From NCBI GenBank assembly GCA_036271795.1, contig DATAZY010000096.1, positions 46,610 through 110,609 on the forward strand: 64,000 nt of DNA. Direction: 5' to 3'. Below are positions 8,744 through 17,456 of the stretch, piece after piece. Source of the DNA: Galbitalea sp. Lineage in GTDB: Bacteria > Actinomycetota > Actinomycetes > Actinomycetales > Microbacteriaceae. The position numbers and the translations under genes were made by a program. Under the pieces are notes generated by a model that worked only from the letters and a program-made list of their open reading frames with translations, had not been told where the DNA came from and did no database searches. How positions within the stretch are numbered: position 1 is the first letter of the stretch; each line of letters opens with the position of its first letter.

Positions 8744-9043
8744 ATGAGCAACATCGTTCCGTTCGGCTCAGGGGGCCTCGGCTCCTTTGCCCAGAACAGA
8801 GAGTCGCGGGAACTGGCTCGCGTCGGCCACCGCGCACTCGGCGAAGTCGAGATCGGCGCAAAGGTCATCGCGATGAAGGAGCAGTACCGTGCCGAACTCG
8901 CGAACCAAGCCCTCACTAACCTTGGTGCGCTCAGCGCCCTGGAGCAGACCTTGACGCAGGCGACCCCCACGGCGGCACCCCGCTACAAAGCCATCGTCGA
9001 CGCGTACACGGCCGGGGCGATCAACACCCTGATGAGGTTCTGA
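8744..9043 (+). CDS. hypothetical 99-aa protein
   Basis: Internal ATG at 8744 (MSNIVPFGSGG...). Its stop overlaps the next start (TGATG at 9040-9045). Confidence 0.45.
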   Translation: MSNIVPFGSGGLGSFAQNRESRELARVGHRALGEVEIGAKVIAMKEQYRAELANQALTNLGALSALEQTLTQATPTAAPRYKAIVDAYTAGAINTLMRF

Positions 9044-9312
9044 TGTTCGTGCTCCTCACGCTTGGACTGGTCGTGGCGGGCAAGGCGGTCGGTGCCGGAG
9101 TCGCTGGCATCGCCTCGGGTGTCGGCTGGATCGCGGAAAGGCCGCAGCGCCGACGTGCTCACATCGAAGCCGAACTGGATCGCACTCAGGCCCAGCTTCG
9201 GAGAACGGTTCTGCAGCTGGCGACCGAGATCAGCAACGCGGGCCTTGACGCCAGAAAGGACTTGCTCCAGCAGGCGTACGTGGCGTCCCGCGGGCTCCCG
9301 CCCGCCTCCTAA
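9043..9312 (+). CDS. small membrane protein with coiled-coil tail
   Basis: The N-terminus MFVLLTLGLVVAGKAVGAGVAGIASGVGWI is hydrophobic. It is followed by a helical, charged segment. Translationally coupled to the preceding ORF. Confidence 0.45.
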   Translation: MFVLLTLGLVVAGKAVGAGVAGIASGVGWIAERPQRRRAHIEAELDRTQAQLRRTVLQLATEISNAGLDARKDLLQQAYVASRGLPPAS

Positions 9313-9322
9313 CCGAGGTCAG

Positions 9323-9358
9323 AAGGAGCCGCTCCTGGCACCCGGCGCGGCTCCTTTT
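9323..9358 (+). terminator. rho-independent terminator
   Basis: AAGGAGCCGC (9323-9332) pairs with GCGGCTCCTT (9347-9356), and the T run extends to 9358. It lies directly after the 9312 stop. Confidence 0.6.
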
Positions 9359-9520
9359 CCACTCTGACACGTCCTGCCGAAACGGTCGTTGTCCATTCCA
9401 CAACACCCTCAATCGGTGTCGATTCCGCCTGCGCCTGGAGCACTCGGACATCTGTTTCAGCGCGTCGTGCCGTGCGTCAGATCGCTCTGGCCGAAGGACC
9501 GCGCTCCGCGACGAAAAGTC

Positions 9521-9549
9521 TTGACGATTCGGCGCTTTCAGTTCATAAC
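9521..9549 (+). promoter_or_regulatory. possible sigma-70-type promoter for the methyltransferase gene
   Basis: TTGACG (9521-9526), a 17-nt spacer, then CATAAC (9544-9549), about 60 nt upstream of the ATG at 9609. By eye only. Confidence 0.3.
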
Positions 9550-9608
9550 CATGCATCCCAGACCGGGCAACCACAAGCAGCTCGCGTAGGAGAAAGGACC
9601 ATCACGAA

Positions 9609-10256
9609 ATGAAGAACACAAGGAACACGCACCCGGAGGCCACTCAGTCTGAGCACGGTCCCTTCCGAGTGATCTACGCGGACCCGCCCTGGGACATAGC
9701 CCAGCTCGGGCCTCGTGGGGCTTCCAAGCATTACGACCTCATGACCTTGGAGGACATCAAGGGCATGGGCGAGGCGGTCAAGTCGCTCGCCGCAGTCGAC
9801 TCAGCACTTTTGCTCTGGGTCACCAACGGCGCGCTGCCTGCCGGCCTTGCCGTGATGGAAGCGTGGGGATTTCGATACGTCTCCAACGCTGCCTGGGACA
9901 AGTACTACATGGGGCTCGGCAACTACGTTCGCAACTCGCATGAGCTGCTACTCGTTGGGATCCGAGGCAAGGTGACGCCGAAGTTCCGCGGCCAGCGGTC
10001 CGTGTTGCATTTCCCACGCATGGCGCACTCCGTGAAGCCCGCCGAAACCTATCCGATGATCGAGCGACTCTTCGATGGGCCGTACCTCGAACTGTTTGCA
10101 CGCCTCCGTCCGAGTAGCACCAGTGACTGGAGCATCTGGGGCAATGAAGTCGATAGCGACGTTTCCCTCGCAGCGTGGGGTTACCCGGTGCCGTCCGACT
10201 TCGCGAGCCAAAGCAATGAGAGCGCCGACAGCAAGGAGGACGGTGATGAGCAGTGA
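9609..10256 (+). CDS. MT-A70 family N6-adenine DNA methyltransferase (orphan)
   Basis: The DPPW catalytic motif is present (VIYADPPWD). Length and layout are typical of MT-A70. GGAGAAAGGA SD. No restriction partner is visible. Confidence 0.85.
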   Translation: MKNTRNTHPEATQSEHGPFRVIYADPPWDIAQLGPRGASKHYDLMTLEDIKGMGEAVKSLAAVDSALLLWVTNGALPAGLAVMEAWGFRYVSNAAWDKYYMGLGNYVRNSHELLLVGIRGKVTPKFRGQRSVLHFPRMAHSVKPAETYPMIERLFDGPYLELFARLRPSSTSDWSIWGNEVDSDVSLAAWGYPVPSDFASQSNESADSKEDGDEQ

Positions 10257-10453
10257 GAAGCGCACCCGAGCCGAAGAGCCTGCTGAGCCGATTCGTCGGA
10301 GCCAGTTTGCTGGCTCTCGTCGCGGCGATCGCCTTGACGCTGGCCTTCGACCTTCTGACAAAGATCTGGCTCTGGCTGCTACTCACCGTCGTTCTTGGCG
10401 CGCTGGTCGCCGTCGTCGTGTGGGTGGTCCGTCGTCGGCGCGACCGCTGGTGA
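10253..10453 (+). CDS. 66-aa two-helix membrane protein
   Basis: Two hydrophobic helices plus an RRRRDRW tail. Its start overlaps the methyltransferase stop. Confidence 0.45.
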   Translation: MRSAPEPKSLLSRFVGASLLALVAAIALTLAFDLLTKIWLWLLLTVVLGALVAVVVWVVRRRRDRW

Positions 10454-10487
10454 GCGAGCCGATCCCGCAAGAGGAGAGGCGGGAACT

Positions 10488-10646
10488 ATGACGGGCAAGC
10501 GCGGCCGGCCAGGAGGCAAACGTGACTTCCGAATCATTCCGCACCGGCTGAGCGAAGCCAATGCGAGAAGACTGGCTCGCTTCATCCAGCAACTGGAGGT
10601 TAATCGCAACTCGAAAACTGACACAGGTCCGGAGGATCCTCGATGA
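10488..10646 (+). CDS. 52-aa basic protein
   Basis: GGAGAGG SD and ATG at 10488 (MTGKRGRPGGKRDFRIIPHRL...). Its stop overlaps the start of the coupling-protein gene. Confidence 0.4.
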   Translation: MTGKRGRPGGKRDFRIIPHRLSEANARRLARFIQQLEVNRNSKTDTGPEDPR

Positions 10647-12796
10647 AGCGTTCTGAACGTACTTGGTCTGAACTCGCTTTTCCCGCGAGGCCGGACGCCA
10701 GTGACGTGCAGGCGCTCGTCGAACACCTTGCCGCCAGCTCAACGCTCGGGACGATTGTCTTTGAGGCCCGAGCTTCCGGGGGCCACGTTCGCTACCTATT
10801 GGGGTCTGACCCAGACCACCACTCGGCACTCACGCGGCTGATCTTCCATCACCTGCCTGGCTACGACCTCGTGCCTCTCGGCCAATCACGGGACGCACCC
10901 GATGCCGCGTTGACCGTCCGCGCCTCCGGTCGAGGATTGCCGCTTCGCACCGACAGTCTCGAAGCGACGACGCTGTCGATGCTCAGCGCACTATCTGCCG
11001 CGACGAGTGCCGAGGAGGTCATTCTTCAGTTGACGTTAGGACGTCGTCTCGCCCCGGCCTTAGACGACGATTCCACGCCGCGCTACCTAACCCTGCGCGA
11101 CGCGCTCATTGGTCAGGCCGACAAGCTGCCAACCTCTGCGCGAACCCGCTATCGGGCCAAACGCGCCGTTCACGGGTTCGAGGCGGCCATCCGGCTTGGT
11201 GCCCGGGCCGGGAACGAACGCCGCACACACGGCCTCCTACGGGCGCTCCTGGGGGGCCTTCGTACCCTCGAGGCGCCAGGGGTTCGACTGGGCGCGCACG
11301 ACATCGCGCCTGGTCAGATCACCGACCCGGCTGTGAGCAATGGCCTCCTCTCAAGACCACTCGCGCTCTCATCAATTGAGGTCGCAGCGCTTCTCAGTTG
11401 GCCAGTTGGGAAGGGGTTTCTCCCAGGGCAACCGCCGAAGCATCCGAAACGCGTGAACGCGCCGACCGGTCTTCGCGATGCGCGGCGTCCGTTCGCCGTC
11501 GCGACACAACCCGGTCATGAACTGCGTGTCGGGTTAGGTCGAGAGGACTCACTCACGCACGCGCTACTCATCGGGCGGACAGGGTCAGGCAAGAGCGTGG
11601 TCATGAGCCACTTGATCCTCGATGCGATCGACGACGGTCGCAGCGTGCTGGTCATCGACCCGAAGGGCGATCTCATCTCGCGCGAGATCCTTCCTCGTAT
11701 CCCGGCGATCCGTCGAGACGACGTCGTGGTTATCGACCCGATGAGTGATCTCCCAGTCGGTATCAATCCGTTCGCCGAGCCTGGCTCGGCCGAGCTCATC
11801 GCCGATGGACTGCTCGCCGTGTTTAAGACCGTCTACGCCGACTCCTGGGGACCACGACTCGAGGACATCCTGTCGTCGGCATTGCTAACACTCGCGCGCA
11901 CGAAGGGCTCGACGCTCGCGATGTTGCCCGCGCTGCTGACCGATGCAGCCGTGAGGCGTCGCCTCACGAAAAGTCTTCACGACCCAGTGGGCCTCGAGCC
12001 CTTCTGGCACAGCTACGAAGCGATGAGCCCTGAGCAGCGCGCTCAAGTGATTGCCCCGGTACTCAACAAGCTCCGACCGTACCTCTTGCGATCCAGCTTG
12101 CGTCGCACGCTCGGACAAGCCGATCCAAAGTTCTCGCTGTCGGAGCTCTTCTCAAAGCGGCGCATCGTTCTCGTCAACCTGAACAAAGGGCTCCTCGGAG
12201 CCGAAGGAGCGCGACTCCTCGGCTCACTCGTCGTGAGCCAGGTGTGGCCACTCATCCTCAATCGAGCAGCAGTGCCACCAGAGCGGCGCCACATCGTGAA
12301 CGTGTTCATCGACGAGGTCCAGGACTACTTGGCGCTTCCTACCGATCTGGCCGATGCCTTCGCCCAGGCACGCGGTCTCGGTGTCGGCTTCACAGTCGCG
12401 CACCAATATCGACGCCAACTCCCGGGCGCTCTTCTCGCCGGCCTGGACTCGAACGCGCGGAGCGTCATTGCCTTCGGCTTGGACCACGACGATGCGGTTG
12501 CCGTCGCGAAGCGGGCGCCCAACCTCGAGGCGGAAGACTTCATGTCTCTCGGCCGACACGAGGTCTACGCCAACTTGATGAACGGCGGAGAAGCGACTGG
12601 ATGGTTCATGGCGAGCACGCTCGGACCGACCGCGCCACTCGCTGACGCCCAAGCGCTCCTGCGCATCAGCCTGGAACGGTACGGCCGCGCAGCTGCCGAC
12701 GTCGACCGGGAGATCGAACGGGCAATCGGAATCGGCGAGGACATCATCGCGCCAGACGAGCCGATCGGACGCCGCCCAAAGGGAGGCTCGTCATGA
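10643..12796 (+). CDS. type IV coupling protein-like ATPase (TraD/VirD4/TraG superfamily), soluble form
   Basis: Walker A GRTGSGKS and Walker B VNVFIDEVQD. The C-terminal half resembles a TraM-recognition or TrwB-type domain. I see no N-terminal TM helices. Confidence 0.75.
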   Translation: MKRSERTWSELAFPARPDASDVQALVEHLAASSTLGTIVFEARASGGHVRYLLGSDPDHHSALTRLIFHHLPGYDLVPLGQSRDAPDAALTVRASGRGLPLRTDSLEATTLSMLSALSAATSAEEVILQLTLGRRLAPALDDDSTPRYLTLRDALIGQADKLPTSARTRYRAKRAVHGFEAAIRLGARAGNERRTHGLLRALLGGLRTLEAPGVRLGAHDIAPGQITDPAVSNGLLSRPLALSSIEVAALLSWPVGKGFLPGQPPKHPKRVNAPTGLRDARRPFAVATQPGHELRVGLGREDSLTHALLIGRTGSGKSVVMSHLILDAIDDGRSVLVIDPKGDLISREILPRIPAIRRDDVVVIDPMSDLPVGINPFAEPGSAELIADGLLAVFKTVYADSWGPRLEDILSSALLTLARTKGSTLAMLPALLTDAAVRRRLTKSLHDPVGLEPFWHSYEAMSPEQRAQVIAPVLNKLRPYLLRSSLRRTLGQADPKFSLSELFSKRRIVLVNLNKGLLGAEGARLLGSLVVSQVWPLILNRAAVPPERRHIVNVFIDEVQDYLALPTDLADAFAQARGLGVGFTVAHQYRRQLPGALLAGLDSNARSVIAFGLDHDDAVAVAKRAPNLEAEDFMSLGRHEVYANLMNGGEATGWFMASTLGPTAPLADAQALLRISLERYGRAAADVDREIERAIGIGEDIIAPDEPIGRRPKGGSS

Positions 12797-12953
12797 ACAT
12801 GCCGAAGCTCAGGAACCGTCACACCGGTCGTCACGTCGCTGCATCGAACGCCTTCTTCTCGCCCCGCGACTTCGGCCAACAGGGGCGATTAGCGGATATG
12901 ACTCCACCACCTTTCAAGTGGTGTTTCAGAGGACCACTGCGGAGGTGCTCGTC

Positions 12954-13814
12954 ATGAACCACGACCGCATGGGCGCCGACAAGCTCGTTCAGTTGCTCGA
13001 ACACCTTTCGCCGATGGACCACGCAGTTCTTGCTCGGCTGCAGGAGCACCCCTACTTGCAAACCGTCCAGGTAGCGCGGTTCGATTTCGCCGAACGTCCG
13101 ACTCAGCTTGCAGCGGTTCGGGCTGCCCACCGAGCCCTCAAGAAGCTCCGTGTCCTCGGACTCGTTTTCATGATGGAGCGGACGATTGGCGGACCGGCAA
13201 GAGGATCGACTGCAGCAGTCTGGACCATCACCAACACGGGGCAACGAGCTGCATCGCTGCACGCCGGCGAAGGGGACGAACCCAGACGCCGACTGTCTGA
13301 TCCGACGACGGTGTTCCTTCGCCATCAGGTCGCGGTGGCCGACTTGCACCTGGCATTGCTCGATGCGGCGAAGACGATCTCCCTCACGCTTCGGCACTTC
13401 CAGATTGAGCCGCTGTGCTGGCGGCGTTACGTCGGCCCCCTTGGCGGGATGGTCGTTCTCAAACCAGACCTTGCCGTGGACGTTGATTCGGCCAACTTCA
13501 TATCCCGCTACTTCTTCGAAGTCGACCGCGCGACGGAAGCACCAAGCCGGATCTTGACCAAGTGTCTCCAGTACCAGGAGTACTACCGCTCGGGAGAAGA
13601 GGAGCGTCGCGGTGAAGTCCTGCCGCTCGTGATCTGGGTTGTTCCGACCGAAGCCCGCCGCGAACAAATACTTCGCCACCTGACGACCCATAACGGCATC
13701 AACCCAAGACTGTTCCGCGTCGTCCTTGGGAGCCAGGTTTCTGCGGTCGTTGGCGAAGACGATGAGGTCGGACGGCTACCCGAAAATCTGCACACGATGG
13801 GCAGCCAATCATGA
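12954..13814 (+). CDS. replication-relaxation family protein
   Basis: GGAGG SD is 8 nt before the ATG at 12954. LLEHLSPMDHAVLARLQEHPYLQTVQVARF is a winged-helix-like N-terminus typical of the Replic_Relax family. Positioned between the T4CP and the recombinase. Confidence 0.65.
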   Translation: MNHDRMGADKLVQLLEHLSPMDHAVLARLQEHPYLQTVQVARFDFAERPTQLAAVRAAHRALKKLRVLGLVFMMERTIGGPARGSTAAVWTITNTGQRAASLHAGEGDEPRRRLSDPTTVFLRHQVAVADLHLALLDAAKTISLTLRHFQIEPLCWRRYVGPLGGMVVLKPDLAVDVDSANFISRYFFEVDRATEAPSRILTKCLQYQEYYRSGEEERRGEVLPLVIWVVPTEARREQILRHLTTHNGINPRLFRVVLGSQVSAVVGEDDEVGRLPENLHTMGSQS

Positions 13815-15751
13815 CGCTCGACGCGGAAAAACGTGGTGAAAACTACATCCCGGATACAACTGGGGCGGGCATGGCTGAACTTTCCCCGGAGGGCCCAAAT
13901 GGACTGGACTTCCTCGCCGAAGAGAGGGTTAATCCGGAGGACCTAACTGGAGGAACCCCCAAAATGAGCGATCTCAATTCACTAGCCACAAAGCCCGCCG
14001 TGACGTCCATAACGGGACTCGAGCACCTAATGACGAACAACGACGCGGCACGAAGGGCGGCTCGTCGTGCTACCGCAGTCTTGTATCTGCGAGTGTCCAC
14101 AAGCCGACAGACCCACACGGGTTCGGATGTCGACGAAGACGGCAACTCGATTGCGACCCAACGAGAGCACACCCTCAAGAAAGCGAAGCAGCTTCGAGCC
14201 AGCATCGCGCGCGAGTTCGTGGAACCAGGTGCCAGCGCACGATCGATCGACAAGCGCCCGGTGTTCAAGGAGATGCTGCGTTTCATTGACGATCACCCCG
14301 AGGTGACGCATGTCATCGCCTACCAACGATCCCGAATGTTCCGGAGCGTTGCCGACAGCGCGATCGTGGAGTCAGCCCTAGCGGAGAAGGGTATCGAGAT
14401 CGTTTCTGCAAAGGAGGACTACGGCAAGGGACCGGATGGCCTGATCATGAAGACCATCACGGACGCCTTCAACCAGTGGCAGTCGCAGAAAAACGGTGAA
14501 GACATCAGTCTCAAGATGGCCCACAAGGTTGAACAGGGCGGAAGCGTCGGGATGGCGAAGCTGGGATACCTGAACGTTCGGAAAGAGTATGGCGGCCATC
14601 TCGTCAACACGATCGACGTCGATCCCATTCGCGGTCCGCTGGTTAAGTGGGCGTTCGAGCAGTACGCCTTAGGGGAACTGTCCGTCGGGCAGCTTCAGGC
14701 TGACCTCGAGGAACAGGGATTGGTGATGCGAGCCACTCCAAGCAAACCCGAGCGGCCAATATCGATCAGCCAGCTCGGCGTCATCCTGCGTGACCCTTAC
14801 TACACAGGCGTGACGCGCTACAAAGGCAGGCTCTATCCGGGCCGGCATATACCGCTGATCTCGAAGGAGACCTTTCTCACCGTCCAGCAGATTCTCGATT
14901 CACGCAACAGAACAGGAGATCGTGACCGGGTCCATTTCCACTATTTGCGCGGGCTCCTCTACTGCGCCGAGTGCGCGCGCCACGGACGCGACAGCCGTCT
15001 GGTCTACAGCCAAAATCGTGGGAACGGTGGCCTTTACGAGTACTACATCTGCACCGCCAAGCAACGCGGCCACTGCACGGCCGGAGCCGTTCGGGTCGAC
15101 TTGCTCGAGCGAAAGCTAGTCGACCTGGTCTACGCAGAACGGTTGAGCCCCGTGGCGATCGGGGCACTACGAGACCGATTGTTGGAAAGCATGGAGGACC
15201 TTCGGATTGCCGACCGCGAGATGAAGGCGTCCCTTCGCCGACAGTCGGAGAAGCTTCGAGGAGCCGAGCAGAGGCTAATCGACGTGCTCGCCGACGGTTC
15301 CATGCCGCTGGAGCAGATACGAACCCGCCTTGAGAAAGTAAGCCTGGAGCGTCAGGCGGTCGACGAAAAGCTCGCACGAACGACCGAGCGAATCGAGCAC
15401 GGCGTCAATGCGGTGCTTGGCTATCTCGACCTCTTGGAGAAGCCCGGACCTCTGTTCGAGCGGGCAGACGATGCCGCCAGGCGAGAGTTCCTGCTTGCAC
15501 TCTTTGAAAAGCTTCTCGTGGAAGAAGTCGATGGCGTCGAGGCTGACGGAGAACGAACCGCACCCAACCGCTCACTCCACGACCTTGAACCGCGTGCGTT
15601 GGAAATCGAAACGGGCACGAACCGAAACGGCCCCCGCGATGATGCGGAGGCCGAAGGGAAACCAATGAGCGGACCATATAGTCCCCATGGTTTGAATAGC
15701 AGTGTTCTGGTAGCGACGGCGGGACTCGAACCCGCGACACCACGATTATGA
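13811..15751 (+). CDS. large serine recombinase
   Basis: Resolvase catalytic region AVLYLRVSTSRQ. A recombinase domain, a zinc ribbon (CAECARHG...YYICTAKQRGHC) and a coiled coil follow. The true start may lie downstream (MSDL or MTNN). The last codons are antisense to a tRNA fragment. Confidence 0.9.
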   Translation: MTLDAEKRGENYIPDTTGAGMAELSPEGPNGLDFLAEERVNPEDLTGGTPKMSDLNSLATKPAVTSITGLEHLMTNNDAARRAARRATAVLYLRVSTSRQTHTGSDVDEDGNSIATQREHTLKKAKQLRASIAREFVEPGASARSIDKRPVFKEMLRFIDDHPEVTHVIAYQRSRMFRSVADSAIVESALAEKGIEIVSAKEDYGKGPDGLIMKTITDAFNQWQSQKNGEDISLKMAHKVEQGGSVGMAKLGYLNVRKEYGGHLVNTIDVDPIRGPLVKWAFEQYALGELSVGQLQADLEEQGLVMRATPSKPERPISISQLGVILRDPYYTGVTRYKGRLYPGRHIPLISKETFLTVQQILDSRNRTGDRDRVHFHYLRGLLYCAECARHGRDSRLVYSQNRGNGGLYEYYICTAKQRGHCTAGAVRVDLLERKLVDLVYAERLSPVAIGALRDRLLESMEDLRIADREMKASLRRQSEKLRGAEQRLIDVLADGSMPLEQIRTRLEKVSLERQAVDEKLARTTERIEHGVNAVLGYLDLLEKPGPLFERADDAARREFLLALFEKLLVEEVDGVEADGERTAPNRSLHDLEPRALEIETGTNRNGPRDDAEAEGKPMSGPYSPHGLNSSVLVATAGLEPATPRL

Positions 15752-15774
15752 GCCGTGTGCTCGATCAGGAGCCT
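15708..15774 (-). pseudogene. tRNA-Met(CAT) lacking a valid 5-prime acceptor strand and D-loop (att-type remnant)
   Basis: The reverse complement reads GAGCACACGG-CTCATAA-TCGTG-GTGTC-GCGGGTTCGAGTCCCGC-CGTCGCT-A-CCA. The anticodon arm, T-arm and 3-prime acceptor are perfect. The 5-prime AGTCCTG cannot pair with CGTCGCT, and the D-loop has 6 nt with no GG. Confidence 0.7.
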
Positions 15775-15864
15775 CAGGACTCCAACCCCGATCCGGAAAA
15801 CTCTGAAATTGCAGGGCCGGATGACCAGATAGGACCATCTCCGATCACTGAAATCTGATTTGGT

Positions 15865-15883
15865 TGTGTCCAAAATGTGTCCA
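15865..15883. repeat. tandem TGTGTCCA half-sites with 11-bp spacing
   Basis: TGTGTCCAAAATGTGTCCA. A near-identical 19-mer lies at 33450-33468. Confidence 0.6.
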
Positions 15884-15958
15884 TTGGGTCGCAGCCCCAG
15901 GGTAAGGGCCTGTGATGTCTCAGCACATCGGTAACGGTTCTTCCTCAGACATCGGTAA

Positions 15959-16090
15959 CAGTTCGAGTGGACCAAAGTATTGGGGGCCGGACAGGAGGAC
16001 TACTACAACTACGATCGACCCCACGGAGCCCTCGCCGGATCCACGCCCTACGAACGACTCAAACAGAAAACCCAAGAGCCTCTGTCATAG
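15959..16090 (+). pseudogene. C-terminal remnant of an integrase-core (rve) transposase
   Basis: This frame reads QFEWTKVLGAGQEDYYNYDRPHGALAGSTPYERLKQKTQEPLS-stop. The YN..RPH..L.G.TP..RL tail is the usual end of IS481/IS3-type transposases. No upstream body is present. Confidence 0.6.
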
Positions 16091-16334
16091 GACTCCGTCA
16101 ATTGCACGCGAAAAAGCGTTCTGATCAGCACGTTTGAGCGGAGACGGCGGGAGTTGCTCCCGCACGGCTGTCGATCCCGGAAACGCACGATATGATAAGT
16201 CACTCCGATTGCCCCGGCGCTCGGTAATCCAGGTGACGGCCATTCGCCCAATGAGACATGCGGAACGAACAAGTGGAAAACTCGCACCAGCCCGTGCTCG
16301 AAACGAGCACCGGTCAGCGCGGAGCCTGATCAAC

Positions 16335-17360
16335 ATGGACTCGATGAAGAGCAACCCGGTGACAAGCAGAGACGTGGCTCGTCTCGCCGGAGTATCCCAG
16401 GCGACGGTATCCCGAACGATGGCCGATGGGAGGGTGTCTGCCGACACCCGCGACAGGGTGCGCAGAGCAATGGATGAGCTGGGATACGTTCCCCATGCCG
16501 GCGCGACCGCCATGAAGACTCGTCGCACCAACACGATCGGGGTGGTCGTTGCGGACATCGTCAATCCCTTCTATCAGGAAATCCTCGATGAGCTGACGAT
16601 CGAGATATCTCGACGCGGCCTCCGTGTTGTCGTGTGGAACACCGGTGAAGGCAGTCAACGAGACGCCCTCATCGCGATCCGGGAAAAGGCGATCGACGGG
16701 GTCATCTTCACCACAGCGACAGAGGAATCCGCCGAGCTGCAAACCGCGGTCGAGCGGAACAGCCCACTGGTTCTCATCAATCGATCTGTGGCCGGCGTTG
16801 AATGCGATGAGGTCGTCTCCGAAAACCGTACCGGCGCGGCGTCCGTAGCCGATTACCTCGTTGAAAACCACCGGTCAAACGCCGCATTCATCGGTGGAGC
16901 AGCAAACGCAAGCACCTCCGCCGAAAGACGCGATGGATTCCTCAGCAGAATGCGCGAACTCGGCCATCCGCTCGCTGATGACACGATCTTCGACGCGGGA
17001 TATTCGCACAAGATCAGTCGAGAGCTCACCGCGAATCTCCTCGCCCGCCCGACCCCACCGGCGGCAATTTTCTGTGCGAACGACTATATGGCGTTCGGCG
17101 CACTCGATGCGGTGCGTACGGCGGGGCTGAACTCGCGCGATGCTCCGTGGGTAATCGGCTTTGACGACGTTGCGATCGCTTCATGGACATCGTTCGACCT
17201 CACAACCGTGCAGCAGCCGACCAGAGAAATGGCACGGGCGGGCGTCCAGTTGCTCCTCGAGCGGATCTCGGATCCCTCCGCGCCCCCAACCAAACGCATT
17301 TTCCCCTGCCGCCTGATCGAACGGGGTAGCACGGCATCGTCGATCCTGGCTGTTCAATAG
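16335..17360 (+). CDS. LacI family transcriptional regulator
   Basis: HTH SRDVARLAGVSQATVSRTM followed by a periplasmic-binding-fold body. ATG at 16335 or 16344. The track start at 16134 is rejected. Confidence 0.85.
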   Translation: MDSMKSNPVTSRDVARLAGVSQATVSRTMADGRVSADTRDRVRRAMDELGYVPHAGATAMKTRRTNTIGVVVADIVNPFYQEILDELTIEISRRGLRVVVWNTGEGSQRDALIAIREKAIDGVIFTTATEESAELQTAVERNSPLVLINRSVAGVECDEVVSENRTGAASVADYLVENHRSNAAFIGGAANASTSAERRDGFLSRMRELGHPLADDTIFDAGYSHKISRELTANLLARPTPPAAIFCANDYMAFGALDAVRTAGLNSRDAPWVIGFDDVAIASWTSFDLTTVQQPTREMARAGVQLLLERISDPSAPPTKRIFPCRLIERGSTASSILAVQ

Positions 17361-17402
17361 TGCGCATCACCGGGACTTGTGCGTCGTGTTTCGGTTGGCT
17401 AT

Positions 17403-17416
17403 TGTATACGTATGCA
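17403..17416. promoter_or_regulatory. operator-like palindrome TGTATACGTATGCA
   Basis: One mismatch from a perfect palindrome. It lies 41 nt upstream of the GTG at 17457. Related copies are at 21946 and 32136. Confidence 0.5.
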
Positions 17417-17456
17417 GGTCGGATCCTCGCGGCCGCGCCCTCGATGAAGGAGTCTC

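Noticed and set aside
13811-15751. Tyrosine integrase expected next to a tRNA att site
   Set aside because: The protein has clear serine-recombinase motifs (catalytic Ser region, zinc ribbon, coiled coil). No tyrosine recombinase R..HxxR..Y pattern is seen in the window.
15708-15774. Functional tRNA-Met
   Set aside because: The 5-prime acceptor strand (AGTCCTG) has two mismatches and two wobbles against CGTCGCT. The D-loop has 6 nt with no GG. I treat it as a fragment.
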